A stretch of DNA of 64,000 bases, from NCBI GenBank assembly GCA_001949185.1, contig BDGG01000014.1, forward strand, positions 1,023,378 to 1,087,377, read 5' to 3'. Below, in pieces: positions 42,269-53,032 of the stretch (positions within the stretch are counted from its first letter, which is position 1; each line of letters starts with the position of its first letter). Origin of the DNA: Ramazzottius varieornatus (Eukaryota > Animalia > Tardigrada). The notes beneath the pieces are model-generated. The model saw only the letters and a list, made by a program, of their open reading frames with translations, did not search any database and was not told the origin of the DNA. The position numbers were made by a program, and so were the translations under genes.

Positions 42269-43918
42269 ATGTTTATTACCGTGATATTACTCTTCATCGC
42301 TGCCGGAGTCAAGGTGTCAGGTAAGCCGCTTCAGCCCGAGCATTACTTTCGAACATCGATGGCGATTGGTCTTTGGAGGCTTTGCAGGCGCGGTCAAATG
42401 TCACATATGCACCTTCAATCTGCCTAACCCTTATCCTGCCGAAGCCGCCATCATGAATGCTTGCTGGGCGGACATCCAGTCTGGACTTGGCAAACAGCCC
42501 AATTGTCTGACGACAGATTTGAGCAAGCTCGACCCCTTTCTACAAGAGTGTGGCGGCCGCGCGACCTGGCTTCCAAAGAGCCAGCCTTTCAAGACGTCAT
42601 CGCCTGCTACGCCACGTTCTTCTTCGCTGACGCCTCTAGCACCGGGTGTGCGTATGCCACTTCTTCATATCCATTGACAGTGTTGTGTCAGTTCCTGTTG
42701 TGGGATTTCAAGTTCAATTCCAATTCCAGTTCGAAATTCTGGTTTCAATTCTTGTTCAATTTCCGTTCTTGGAGAAATAGCAGTTCCTATTCCAGTCCCA
42801 GTTCCGTAACGGGAACTGAAATCAAAGAACTGAAATAGAGTCGTTAAAGTTCCGCCATATTTATCCATGTTATACTCCAAAGTATCACAGCGACCACGAC
42901 AGCAACAAACCAAATAGTACAGATCCATGGGAAATGCGGCAGGAACTGGAATTCAGATCCGTAATTCCAGTTCCGGATCTTCTAAAATTCGATTTCCAGT
43001 TCCTATTCCAGCTCCTATTCCAGTTCAAGGTTCTTGATTTCAGTTCTTTTAATTTCAGTTTCAGCTCCTCGAGAAACACTTCGGTTCCTATTCTAGTTCC
43101 GGAACTGGAATTAGAACTGATAAAAGAACTGACATTATAGCGTTACAGTTCAGGAAGTGATACAACACTGTCCATTGTCACTGCCGAGAAGAAAGACCAG
43201 CGGTAATAATCATTAAAAGATGAGTTTTGTACAGTGGCTAACGGAGTTATTTGTGACTGCATGGACATACGAGCACTGAAGAATAGATGGAGAAAAGCCA
43301 GTGTTCTGACCACTTTACCTGCGGAACAAAGCTGTGTCGTGGGCATGGGCATGCCCGGCACAGCACTCAAGACAGCATCGATCTGTTTCTGCAACCCCAA
43401 AGGTGTCGACTATAGCCACTTTTAATAATTCAAAACGCCGCCGTGCCCGCCGCGAGTGCATGTATATGGTCCGTATCAAACGAGTGTTGTACGACGGCGT
43501 ACGTTTCTGTGCACTGACAACGTTGCCTACAATTTAGGCAAGTTGCACTGAGGGAAAATCCCGGAAGAGGTTGCCAGGTAGCGTGCTGAAACGTCACGTT
43601 TTGAACAGCCAGTCAAAAACTGAGCCTAATAAAACCGGCTATAGTGTCGACGGCTACAACAGCTACAGAGTTGTCGCCTTCAACGGCGGTGCTCAAAGCG
43701 TCCCTATGTTTTGCGCTACGGCTGGTCTTCCCGCACTACCTACGAACTCATCCAGTCCGCTCAGGCCATCCAGCCAGGGAGGTAACGCAGCGGGTCAGCT
43801 CAATGGCAACAGTGCTGTCTCTCCATCTGTATCCACAACGCCCTCCACCGCTCCCAAGATGGCTTTCATACATCGAGCTACCTTGTTGCCACCGACTCAG
43901 TGTGAGGCTATTACGTAA
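42269..43918 (+). CDS. Secreted Cys-rich protein, possibly Ly6/three-finger-like; multi-exon, structure approximate
   Basis: Signal-peptide exon MFITVILLFIAAGVKVS spliced to GAVKCHIC; ECG...CYAT; later exon SCVVGMG...ICFCNPK; Ser/Pro-rich tail. Confidence 0.55.
42678..43170. mobile_element. hAT-type MITE in an intron
   Basis: 20-bp TIRs CAGTGTTGT(G/A)TCA(G/C)TTCCTG; 8-bp TSD TCCATTGA/TCCATTGT; internal CAGTTC/GAACTG arrays. Confidence 0.8.
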
Positions 43919-44356
43919 TGGTCGCAGAGCTTACTAATAAACCTTGCATGCGACTTGATACCCCATGTTATCCCATGTCAAACCACTTCAGGTGGTCTAA
44001 CATGGGATTTTTGGACACGAGCTGTCGTTACGGAGCTGGTTTTGTTCGTGAGTTTGTGTTTGAACCCCTCTGCTGAACTTTGCCCAGTGTAGGGCGAAGT
44101 ACATCATTAGTGGAGATAAGCTTGTGAATGGAATGTGACTGAGGAGAAGCGAAAGTAGGTCACAAAAGAAGAAGATAAGGCTATAGCATTGCATTCTGAG
44201 TCACAGGGAGTAATCAATGGTTGGGAACTGGGATACGCGCTGCCATCATCCGAGTTCCCGTTTTCTTCCCTTTTAGCCTCCCTCGGTGGCAACAGTACCC
44301 GTTAGGGTGCCGCCCGGCGAATTGTTACTTTGTCTCCCTGTACTCGCTCTGCGTTA

Positions 44357-44613
44357 CGGTCCTACCTTCGAGATGTGACAGTTCGACGCCCGATTTTGAT
44401 TTTGGACGGTTCATATTTTCCCCAGCCTGCCAACCACACTGTTCGCCCGAGACCGATCAGCTGATCGGATGCACACATGATTACTTGATAAAGTCAACCT
44501 TGAACAAATCGTCGATCAGTTGATCGTGTTGCTCGACGTTTGGCGAGCCGCCTCATGCAAAATTGATATTCGGCCGCAGAAGAATCAATTGTCACATCTC
44601 TGAGGTAGGACTG
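44357..44613. mobile_element. Tc1/mariner-pogo-type MITE
   Basis: TA flanks on both sides; about 28-bp TIR C(A/G)GTCCTACCT..GAGATGTGACA. The same terminus recurs at about 61785-61808. Confidence 0.75.
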
Positions 44614-46476
44614 TACATAATTATATCTAAAGCATCTTGCTCGCTGACAATATGGATACTTTACGTCGACTGTTGTTTTTCTTGGCGATAAGACCTGCCG
44701 TGTAGGCTGTATGAAGTAGCCGTCTGTAAAGTAGGCTTGGCGAAGATTAAATAAGCCGCTTTAGCCCTTCGAAGCCGCCGCTGAACTAGTTTTTAGCAGC
44801 AGCTAAAACGGCTAATACACTTTTAGCTGAACGGCAGAAAGGCTTGTTTTATCAGGTGGGAGAGAATGACTTGTTACTTTTCGAGCCATTGATTGAGAAC
44901 CTTTTTTGCAAACGTTCCCTTGCATGTTCTGTCATATACCAACACTCCTTGTTTTATAGCAGCAAGTTTCGAGCCTGTGCGTCGACTGCCAGAAGAAAAA
45001 ATTCAAGTCTGAATCCAAACGAGGAAAGTTTTCCAACCGCTCTTCCGATTTTCTTCTTTCAATAGTGGGCTAAACAACAGGTCACCGAATCATACCATCC
45101 TGTGGAGTTATATTAGGGGTCAAGGATTAAATTTGAAGTCATCGTATTACGGCTTCTGGAATTTCAAAAAGGGAAAAACGTGTTTCTCCGGTTATAGAAG
45201 CGACGGTTAAAATGCACCACTTTAGTGAGGTAGCAAGAACCAAATTTCTCTCGTCTCACTTCTTGAAAAAATGGTGATAAGTGGTCGAGCAGACACCCCC
45301 AGGGTGTGTACATGTGTACTACCTTTGACGAAGGTTGCTTTGGCGTGGAACTGTTCCAGCTCTCAAGACGCCAGATCCGATTTTTGATACCTTGCCTGGC
45401 TTCTCACCCGGAAAGCTTTGGCACCGCAAATCGTTAGACACAACCCAAAACTGATTTTTAGACAGTATTCACCGGAGCGTTCAAAGGAACCGTAAGCATG
45501 TTTGGAACAAAACTTGGGTGGTCAAAAGCACTTTTTTTGCGAAAGTGATGGTGTTTTCCGAAATGACGAGTTCATTTAGACGAACTCTAGAAGTAGGCGC
45601 CGATCAATAACTTGAATCTCGAGAAGTGAATCCGAAAGTTCAATGCTAGCGCATCAATTTGCCAAACTTTAGGAGGAAAAGCTTCGCTGGAAGGGAGAAA
45701 CAATTTTTCGAAATTGGTGTTGGAAAAAAAGTACAGTCCGGTCGCTCGAAATCTGGTACCTGATTTTTCGATTTAAAAATAAAGAAATCGTGCACAATTA
45801 ACGATACTGCGAGATATACCGACACAGCCGGTCCACATGCGGGTTGATTACTTGATCACACCAGTAAAGCTACGGTGTAATTTATGTGTGATGTAATTTC
45901 GGCCTTGGCTCGTCGTGTTGTATTGCGAATGTATAGCAGACTTCAAAACAAAATCGGAGAAATACGTACCAGATTTCGATCGACCGGACTGTACCAAGTC
46001 ATAGTTCCGCACCTAATAGGCTCGACGAGCCCACCATACGTGTCTGGTAGCTGCTTCCCACCAGTCGCTGAGCTGATCTGATCTGATGTGCTTCAATATC
46101 GTAGTACTGTAGAAGACCATCACTAGACTGTCGTAGAGCAAGAATTTCTTTCATTGCCCCCTGATATTTAGTGTGTCTTGCATTAAACTGATGATTTAGC
46201 TCGCTTTTTTGGCTTGAGAGAAGAAAAGTTGGACGTTGTAGCTCATTTAGCGGCATCTGTATACTACCAACTGACTTGCTGTACCTTAAACGCTGGCTGT
46301 ACTCCTACTAGTGCGCGATGGCAGTTTGTACTGTGATTGTTTTGTTTTTGTTTTGTTGCTGCCCAAACGCGGGTTTCAGGTACTGTGATGCTCCTTAAAC
46401 TTCGCGAATCATGTCATCGGACACGTAAATTTTGCCCGTCAGGCACGGGTTTCACGCAGTCTGGCCAATCAACAAT

Positions 46477-46950
46477 AGTCCTCCTCACGACGATCTGTTT
46501 ATGTCGTAAACGATTGATTCGAAATTTGAGTTTGCTTGATCCACGGCAATTAGTTGTGAATGAGGCAAAATTGCGTTTTTCGAAAGTCTCGGAAAGGGGA
46601 GCGGAAATGCGCGAGTTTTGCGGGGTAGGTTTGTAGGCAAACTTTGCCTCCTGACTAGGCTGAAATTGATGGTTTTCTCTCTGGCTAGTCTCTGTCTGTC
46701 GATATCCCTGACGCTAATAGGTATCAAGAAGCCCATACGCGAAACGGTACCTCGCAACGTGAAGCACTGTGCAGATAGAGATCAGCTGAGAAGTGAAAAT
46801 TTGAAATTTTGAGTCAAGTGTGCAGAGAATAATCCGTTTTCGCTCTCAAGTAAGCTACTCGAGGGCTGCTTATCTTGAAAGCGAAATTTCGTAATCACTT
46901 TCAAGATCAGCACAATCAACGGAGTTTTACGGCCTGTCGTAAGGAGGACT
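46477..46950. mobile_element. About 474-bp MITE (Harbinger-like 3-bp flanks), copy A
   Basis: TIR AGTCCTCCT(C/T)ACGAC, flanks AAT/AAT. A highly similar inverted copy lies at 61817-62290. Confidence 0.85.
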
Positions 46951-47704
46951 AATGCATCATATACCCCGCTGTCGTTGGAAAATCCAGCCTGGCAGATTAA
47001 TTATCTTCTACAGAAGTAAACTGCATTCAAAAGTGCAGTCAAGACCTTCAAAACGTTTCTTACAATCTTGTTCCAAAGCTTTCCCGAGTTCCGGAACGAC
47101 TAGACAGTACGCTTTGCTTCTGCGTCTCCATCTCCATACCTCTCAATAATGAGGAGACCATCAGGCAATCAATCCAGTACGAAATGCTAATCTTGATTTT
47201 TGAGACATTTGTAAACTCAATCGTTTCGTCCAAACTGTCGTTTGTTCACACCATCTGCGCAAAGTGAAACTTCTCTATTTACGCCTTTGGGGCCCGAAGT
47301 TCCGTGTTGCTCAAGACCCAATTTCAGAATTGATAAAGTCAAAAGTCTTACAGCAGAATAGACGGCCATAAAGACAAATTTTAATTGCTCTTTATCTTCC
47401 GCCCACTCAATCTTCCGCCTACTTAATTACAGAGTCAATATTAACGCGGGAGGTCCCTAAAGTCAACAGACCGAGTTTTCCAAGTTCCTCGATACTTTTT
47501 TATCAACATTGGATGGTTGATATTAATAATAGTTAATGCAGAGTAAAAAGTCAGGTTCCAAACTCGACTTTCTACTCCATTGCCAGCGTGACAGGTAAAT
47601 TTTTCATACCCGATACGCCAGCATAGACGGTGGCGCCAGCTGAACTATACAGAGGAGAGGGAGGCACATAGTCGAGCGCACCCGTGCAAGGGTCAAGAGG
47701 GTAA

Positions 47705-48066
47705 GAACGGCCTTCTTTGACTCGTTCTTAATGGTCAGAAGATAGGCCTTTCGGGAAAACGCATCTAGCGCCGATAAAATGAAGTCATTTCCATCATTTT
47801 GATCTTTAATTGAGCCAACATCAATCAGATCAATTTGCCAGTGCTTGCCGCGGCCGTTGACGACGATTGGTACTCGAGGGAAAATTCCTTCTTACCGGCA
47901 CATGCGAAGTGTACACCGGGTTGGCCTTTAGCCATTTGGCGACAAACTCCTTCTTCAGGTCGGGGCATCTACTCCGACGGGTAAACTCCTCAAACAATAA
48001 CTTTACACCGCCAAACGAACCAACAGACTTTGGATCATGGTAGATTTTATTCAACAACTCGTGCAA
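47705..48066 (-). pseudogene. Polinton/Maverick-type retroviral-like integrase, N-terminal part (frameshifted, truncated)
   Basis: IYHDPKSVGSFGGVKLL...VAKWLKANPVYTSHVPVRRNFP, a 1-nt shift near 47880, then RVPIVVNGRGKHWQIDLIDV...NDGNDFILSALDAFSRKAYLLTIKNES. Cut off at the inverted repeat after the first catalytic Asp. Confidence 0.85.
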
Positions 48067-48601
48067 GTTCTTCCTGCTACACGAACCACGTTTGTCTCCC
48101 GTTCCTGAACAACAGCTAAAAACGATAGGTACATCAATTTGGAAATACCATTTAGAGCTTTACCCGATAAGAACTGTCTGCGCATCAGAGGGCGCCAGAT
48201 AGTAAGGCATTTGTAATGCAAGACACATAGACACACAGGAGCTAAATGAAGACCAGAGCGTTCAACACACATTAAAGATATCGACGAGGCTGTTCTTATC
48301 AATGGCGTTTAGACAAAAATAGAACAGCTTGTTCTTGCGCTCTTCATCGCTGATTCCCACTCGACAGCAGTGTTCTCCGGTTTTAGTCACGCATTTCTGG
48401 CATCCCATCTGAGCGTCCTTGATGAAGGCTCGTCGTAGAAGAGAGGCGAATACATACTTGAATAAGGCTACTGCTCGCTTGGTGGTGAGAATAGTCGTAG
48501 GTGAATGAATGCTCCGTGGTGCTGGAGTTCGTACATAGGCCAGTGATGAGCTCGCTTTTAAAGGAACCAGAGTTCTTTTCATTGGACCTCGTCGAATCCA
48601 T
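48051..48601 (-). pseudogene. Small Cys/His-containing ORF (frameshifted) upstream of the integrase
   Basis: GCQKCVTKTGEHCC motif spread over shifting frames; overlaps the BIR ORF stop and the integrase start. Confidence 0.4.
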
Positions 48602-49135
48602 GGTCGTCGCTGGTGACGGAGGTGAGCACCAGAGGGCAGGAATCGTTCAGCTTCTGGTGATACTTCCAAGCATTTCCGGCAGGTATCTTAGCCCATCCGT
48701 CCTTCACGCCGCAAATGTAACACTGAACAGATCGGCCATCAAGGAAGAAGCCGGCCCGGGCTAAACCGTTTGGATCGTATCGTCTTTTTCCTGGCCACCA
48801 ACAGAAACTACGGAAGCGGCTGGTGTACTTCTGCGTATGATCATGTTTGCCGTGTAGTTGTACCACATGACGTGCGCCGCCTGATGACGGCTCAATGTTC
48901 AGCGAATCTGGAGTGTCATAGCCGGATTTCTTTTTCACCACGAATTTTACTGGCTGTGCTAGTTTGTACACATCAAGTAGTAATTTACAGTAGTCACCCT
49001 GCACAGTGTCATTCTGCCCCGTGTAACGCAAGCCGGCTGCCGACAATGCAATAGGGTTGATATTCGTATTTTTCCATGTCGCGTAGCTTTTCAAGCGCTC
49101 GATAAAGGACCCATCAGGAACAGATATGTTAGACA
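48579..49135 (-). CDS. Intronless inhibitor-of-apoptosis-like protein with two BIR domains (start codon and BIR1 degenerate)
   Basis: BIR1: RLKSYATW...LSAAGLRYTGQNDTVQGDYC. BIR2: RFRSFCWWP...LARAGFFLDGRSVQCYIC-x17-H-x6-CPLV. Confidence 0.85.
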
Positions 49136-49662
49136 GCAGTGTGAACGTTATAAGTTTGAGTCGAAGCCCGGAGTAAACGCTTTTGACCTTGGAAAGCGGG
49201 AAAAAAATATGCGCCACCAACTAGAATGATGACGATCCAATTAGCACCGGCCACCTGTACTGCGGTCTTGGTTGCGACCGCCGATCGATACTCCAACCCC
49301 TCACCGTTAATGGTAACGGATGGCGGCTGGTCCGTATGTACACAGGCCGCAACGACCTTCAAACGTCGAGGAGGTACGATGCTACAGTTAAAGTTATCGT
49401 TACCCCGCACGTCCAGAGTATTCAGGTTGGGATAATGATCGAGCAAGTCGGTGTAGTTTATCTGCCGGAGAAAATTTTAAGCAGCGAGAACGTGATAGAA
49501 TCGCTTATCGACTGTCGAGTTGTCCGTCTTCAGCTCGTGAAGGTCGCGGTCGAGACAATCAATTACAGAAGGCGCGTTCTTACAAAAGCAACCTTCTATC
49601 CAAGCTGGAGTAGTTTTCATTAGGACTAGAAGAGGGAAACACACGAACAGTAATGTCGACAT
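49129..49662 (-). pseudogene. Small type-I membrane LRR protein with one premature in-frame stop (49477-49479)
   Basis: Signal peptide, LRR-NT cap GCFC...IDCLDRDLHEL, LRR YPNLNTLDVRGNDNFNC, TM WIVIILVGGAYFF. The two annotated ORFs are in the same frame across a single TAA. Confidence 0.7.
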
Positions 49663-51669
49663 GATGAATCAAAAGAGGGGTTAAAAGAAGACTAAACTAA
49701 CGTACCGGATATCGAACTGGTCGTAGTCACTTCCGGTCTCATCAGAACGATCTCAATCATGCGCCCCGGGGACCTTCCCCTTCCTTAACCCTATATGCGC
49801 TACATACGTACTATCCCGTAGCTGCCATTACGTCTTTAAACAAACAGTAGACAGTTTACATGACCGAAATGGCGGAATTAGACACTTCAGGCACGATCTA
49901 GACTGATATAAGACCAGTTACATGCATGCGCCATTAATTACCCTCATAGACCCTTGCACAGGTGCGCTCGACTATGTGCCTCCCTCTCCTCTGTATAGTT
50001 CAGCTGGCGCCACCGTCTATGCTGGCGTATCGGGTATGAAAAATTTACCTGTCACGCTGGCAATGGAGTAGAAAGTCGAGTTTGGAACCTGACTTTTTAC
50101 TCTGCATTAACTATTATTAATATCAACCATCCAATGTTGATAAAAAAGTATCGAGGAACTTGGAAAACTCGGTCTGTTGACTTTAGGGACCTCCCGCGTT
50201 AATATTGACTCTGTAATTAAGTAGGCGGAAGATTGAGTGGGCGGAAGATAAAGAGCAATTAAAATTTGTCTTTATGGCCGTCTATTCTGCTGTAAGACTT
50301 TTGACTTTATCAATTCTGAAATTGGGTCTTGAGCAACACGGAACTTCGGGCCCCAAAGGCGTAAATAGAGAAGTTTCACTTTGCGCAGATGGTGTGAACA
50401 AACGACAGTTTGGACGAAACGATTTTTACAAATGTCTCAAAATTCAAGATTAGCAATTCGCTTCGCGATTCAAGAAACGAGGGGGGGCTTCGTTCGTGAA
50501 CCCCAAAGGGAACTCTTCGCCGATTTGAAATTTTCCCATACTGTCTTGAGTATTACTCTGGCTGGCAATAAGCAGTGGGAAGCGTAATCGGTGCCCGGGA
50601 AATGCAGACCTTTCACTCCGGACGATCAGACAATCAAAATACATTTGGGCCAGCACTTGTTAACTTGGTGGGCTAGGTACTACCAAGGGAATTACCATGG
50701 CCTGCCTCGGTCGTTTGTTCTATCTTTTTCCTCAAACTGCCACGCGTTTTGCAACCTCTCAAAGGTTCCAGCGACTCCTTTTATAAAGTTTGATTTTCAA
50801 AATTGATTAGTTTTTCTCTGTTTGATTTGTCTGTGCAAAGGGCAACCTCTGTGATAACTTTCTAGCAGAACTTATGGCGTTTATAATTCAATGTCTGTAC
50901 GTTCTTTGCAGTCACTGAGGTCATCCGAGATTGCATGAAAGTGAGCGCTGTGCCGCTACCGGGCGTAAGCAAAGCGGCAGACATTCACTGGCGGCATATG
51001 CAAGCCGTATACGTACGCTATACCCATTGAGCTGTCCCGTAGGCGAAGCCAGATTCATCGGAATTAACCGGAATTAACCCGAACTCGAGCCGTTGGTCAC
51101 ATGACGAGTATTACATTCGGGCACCAATTTTTTGCCACATTGGCTATTGCGCAGCGCCATGGCTGCCGCCTACTGACGGATCATGGCACGAACTTTCTAA
51201 CTGGCGGCATCCATGCTGTTTTCTAGTATCCCTTCTAGTATCCCTTTTCTAGTATCTTCGGAAATTCGGCGAGGCAGTCAACCAGGCTGACAAAGTCTCT
51301 GATAATTTCTCTGTGTCCTCACCACCACCTCTTACACTGGTTTGTGGATAAGGGTTTTCAAGGCCGCAAACGACGGGCAGGATTGCCCACCAAACTCAAA
51401 ACTTGAGCGCAATGGGAGAAGGCGGACTGCTAGGACTGGAAAGAAGGGCGAAATAGCCACTCCCATCAGCCAACCCGTAACGTCATTCGGCAACGTGCCG
51501 TTCTACGAAGCCACACTTTAGTGAATGCATCAAATCTACACGTGTACCGCTGTTAAACTCGAAGGCTAAAAATAACAAACACTTTAGGAACCAAAGAACT
51601 GAGTCAGAATGACCCTCAGAAGTTAGACGCTAGGAAGTTACAGCCGCGCCTGCTCTGTATACTTTCACA

Positions 51670-52172
51670 ACGTCACTTGCTGCATTCGGGCACAAAAACT
51701 TTTCAGCTGGAGAAAATGTGGAAGCAGATCGAGGAACCAAGTGTTGAGCACCTGCACGAGAATTTATAAATTGCATACCCAGTGTCGCTATCTAAAGCAT
51801 ATCTACAGACCTCGAGAAGCATGAAGTCGGTGTAGTTTAGCTGGTCCCCCAACAAGTAATTTCTCCCTACCAGCCACTGATCCAATCGCTCCAGAACTGC
51901 CTTTACCTTCTCTGAAGCATGTCTGATTTCTTGCGGATCTGCAGTCGCTGATAATGAAGTCAAATTCAGATTTGCTATCAGCCCCTCAAACGTGTCCTGC
52001 TGTTGAATCATCTCTTCGGATTGAGCAACTGCAAATCAGCGGTCTATCAAAAACTGAAGTTAAAGGAATGGATATTGTTGTACGCTGTACCCAAATTATA
52101 TTTGCGAGCTAGGTAGCGGAAGATGGCGATGTCTTGCGTAACTTTTACATCTCCATCTATCAAGTAAGCCAC
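51670..52172 (-). pseudogene. Glutathione S-transferase (mu-like) fragment
   Basis: VAYLIDGDVKVTQDIAIFRYLARKYNLG and LDQWLVGRNYLLGDQLNYTDFMLLE, spliced. The N-terminal exon(s) were not found and there is an early stop. Confidence 0.7.
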
Positions 52173-53032
52173 CTGGAAAAAAATAAAGTGCAGCGTTGGT
52201 AAGCTTAGGGACGTGGCTTCCCCGGGCACATGGCCGTGGACTGGCCCTCAAACTTTAATTTCAAAATTATTCCAATCAACTGGGAATCCGACCTCCGTCA
52301 CACTTAAACTTCGAACAAAAAGTTCTACTGACGGTGGATGCGTTGAACGACATGTCATTCATTTGAAGGTTTTCCTTCTCCTTCAACTCCTTCAGTGCTT
52401 CTTTATCCAAGTTTTGAAGCCGGCACTTCTGTCCACCGTGTAGCAGTATCAGCCTGCTCGTATTCGTAAACTGCCAAATCAATTCGGTAAGTGATATGTC
52501 AACATGGTTAGGACTGTAATATCGGTAGTATAAATTTTGTACCGCGTCGCCGGCGCGAAATGCGAAAACTATCGACGGGTCCTCTTCCGGTTCAGTTAGA
52601 TTAGTGATCATGGAAGCTCTCCTGATGAAGCTCTCAACAGCATTCAGGTCCACACTCTGTCTCCGATGAGCGAAAAAGTGGTTCATTCTGACGGATTTCT
52701 GTAGTATCAAATCTTGGATAAACCGATCTGTTTACTGCTGACGATACAGAGCATCATTATGATACTATCTCATCGTTAGAATGTAGTCAACCAACGCATA
52801 GAATTTGAAGCATTCGACCGTGGTTAAATATACATGGAAACTTGCGCTGAAGACTCTTTCATTCATCTCAAGAAAGCCAATAATAATCTGCAACAAGAGC
52901 AAGTTGAAGTGTACATGTCAATCAGGGCAATGAGAAAGCCCTCAAAAAGATAACAAATACTTGTGCGTATCGTTTGTCAGGACACAAGGAAGAAGACTGA
53001 TAGGACAAAGAAAAGAAAGGCAAAGTCCATAA

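Larger units (their letters stand above)
47180..50460. mobile_element. Unit with ~520-bp inverted repeats enclosing Polinton/Maverick-derived genes
   Basis: 47180-47704 is the near-identical reverse complement of 49938-50460. The interior holds four tightly packed, intronless minus-strand ORFs including an integrase. No TSD seen at the outer ends. Confidence 0.8.

Noticed and set aside
42690-43130. Short periodic repeats resembling a CRISPR array or a repetitive ORF
   Set aside because: Irregular CAGTTC/GAACTG units inside a hAT MITE; no constant repeat-spacer structure and the context is eukaryotic.
44950-45830. Non-coding stretch that looks TE-derived
   Set aside because: No TIR, TSD or second copy could be identified by eye.
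46485-46812. ORFs duplicated at 61961-62282
   Set aside because: Incidental frames within two copies of a non-coding MITE.
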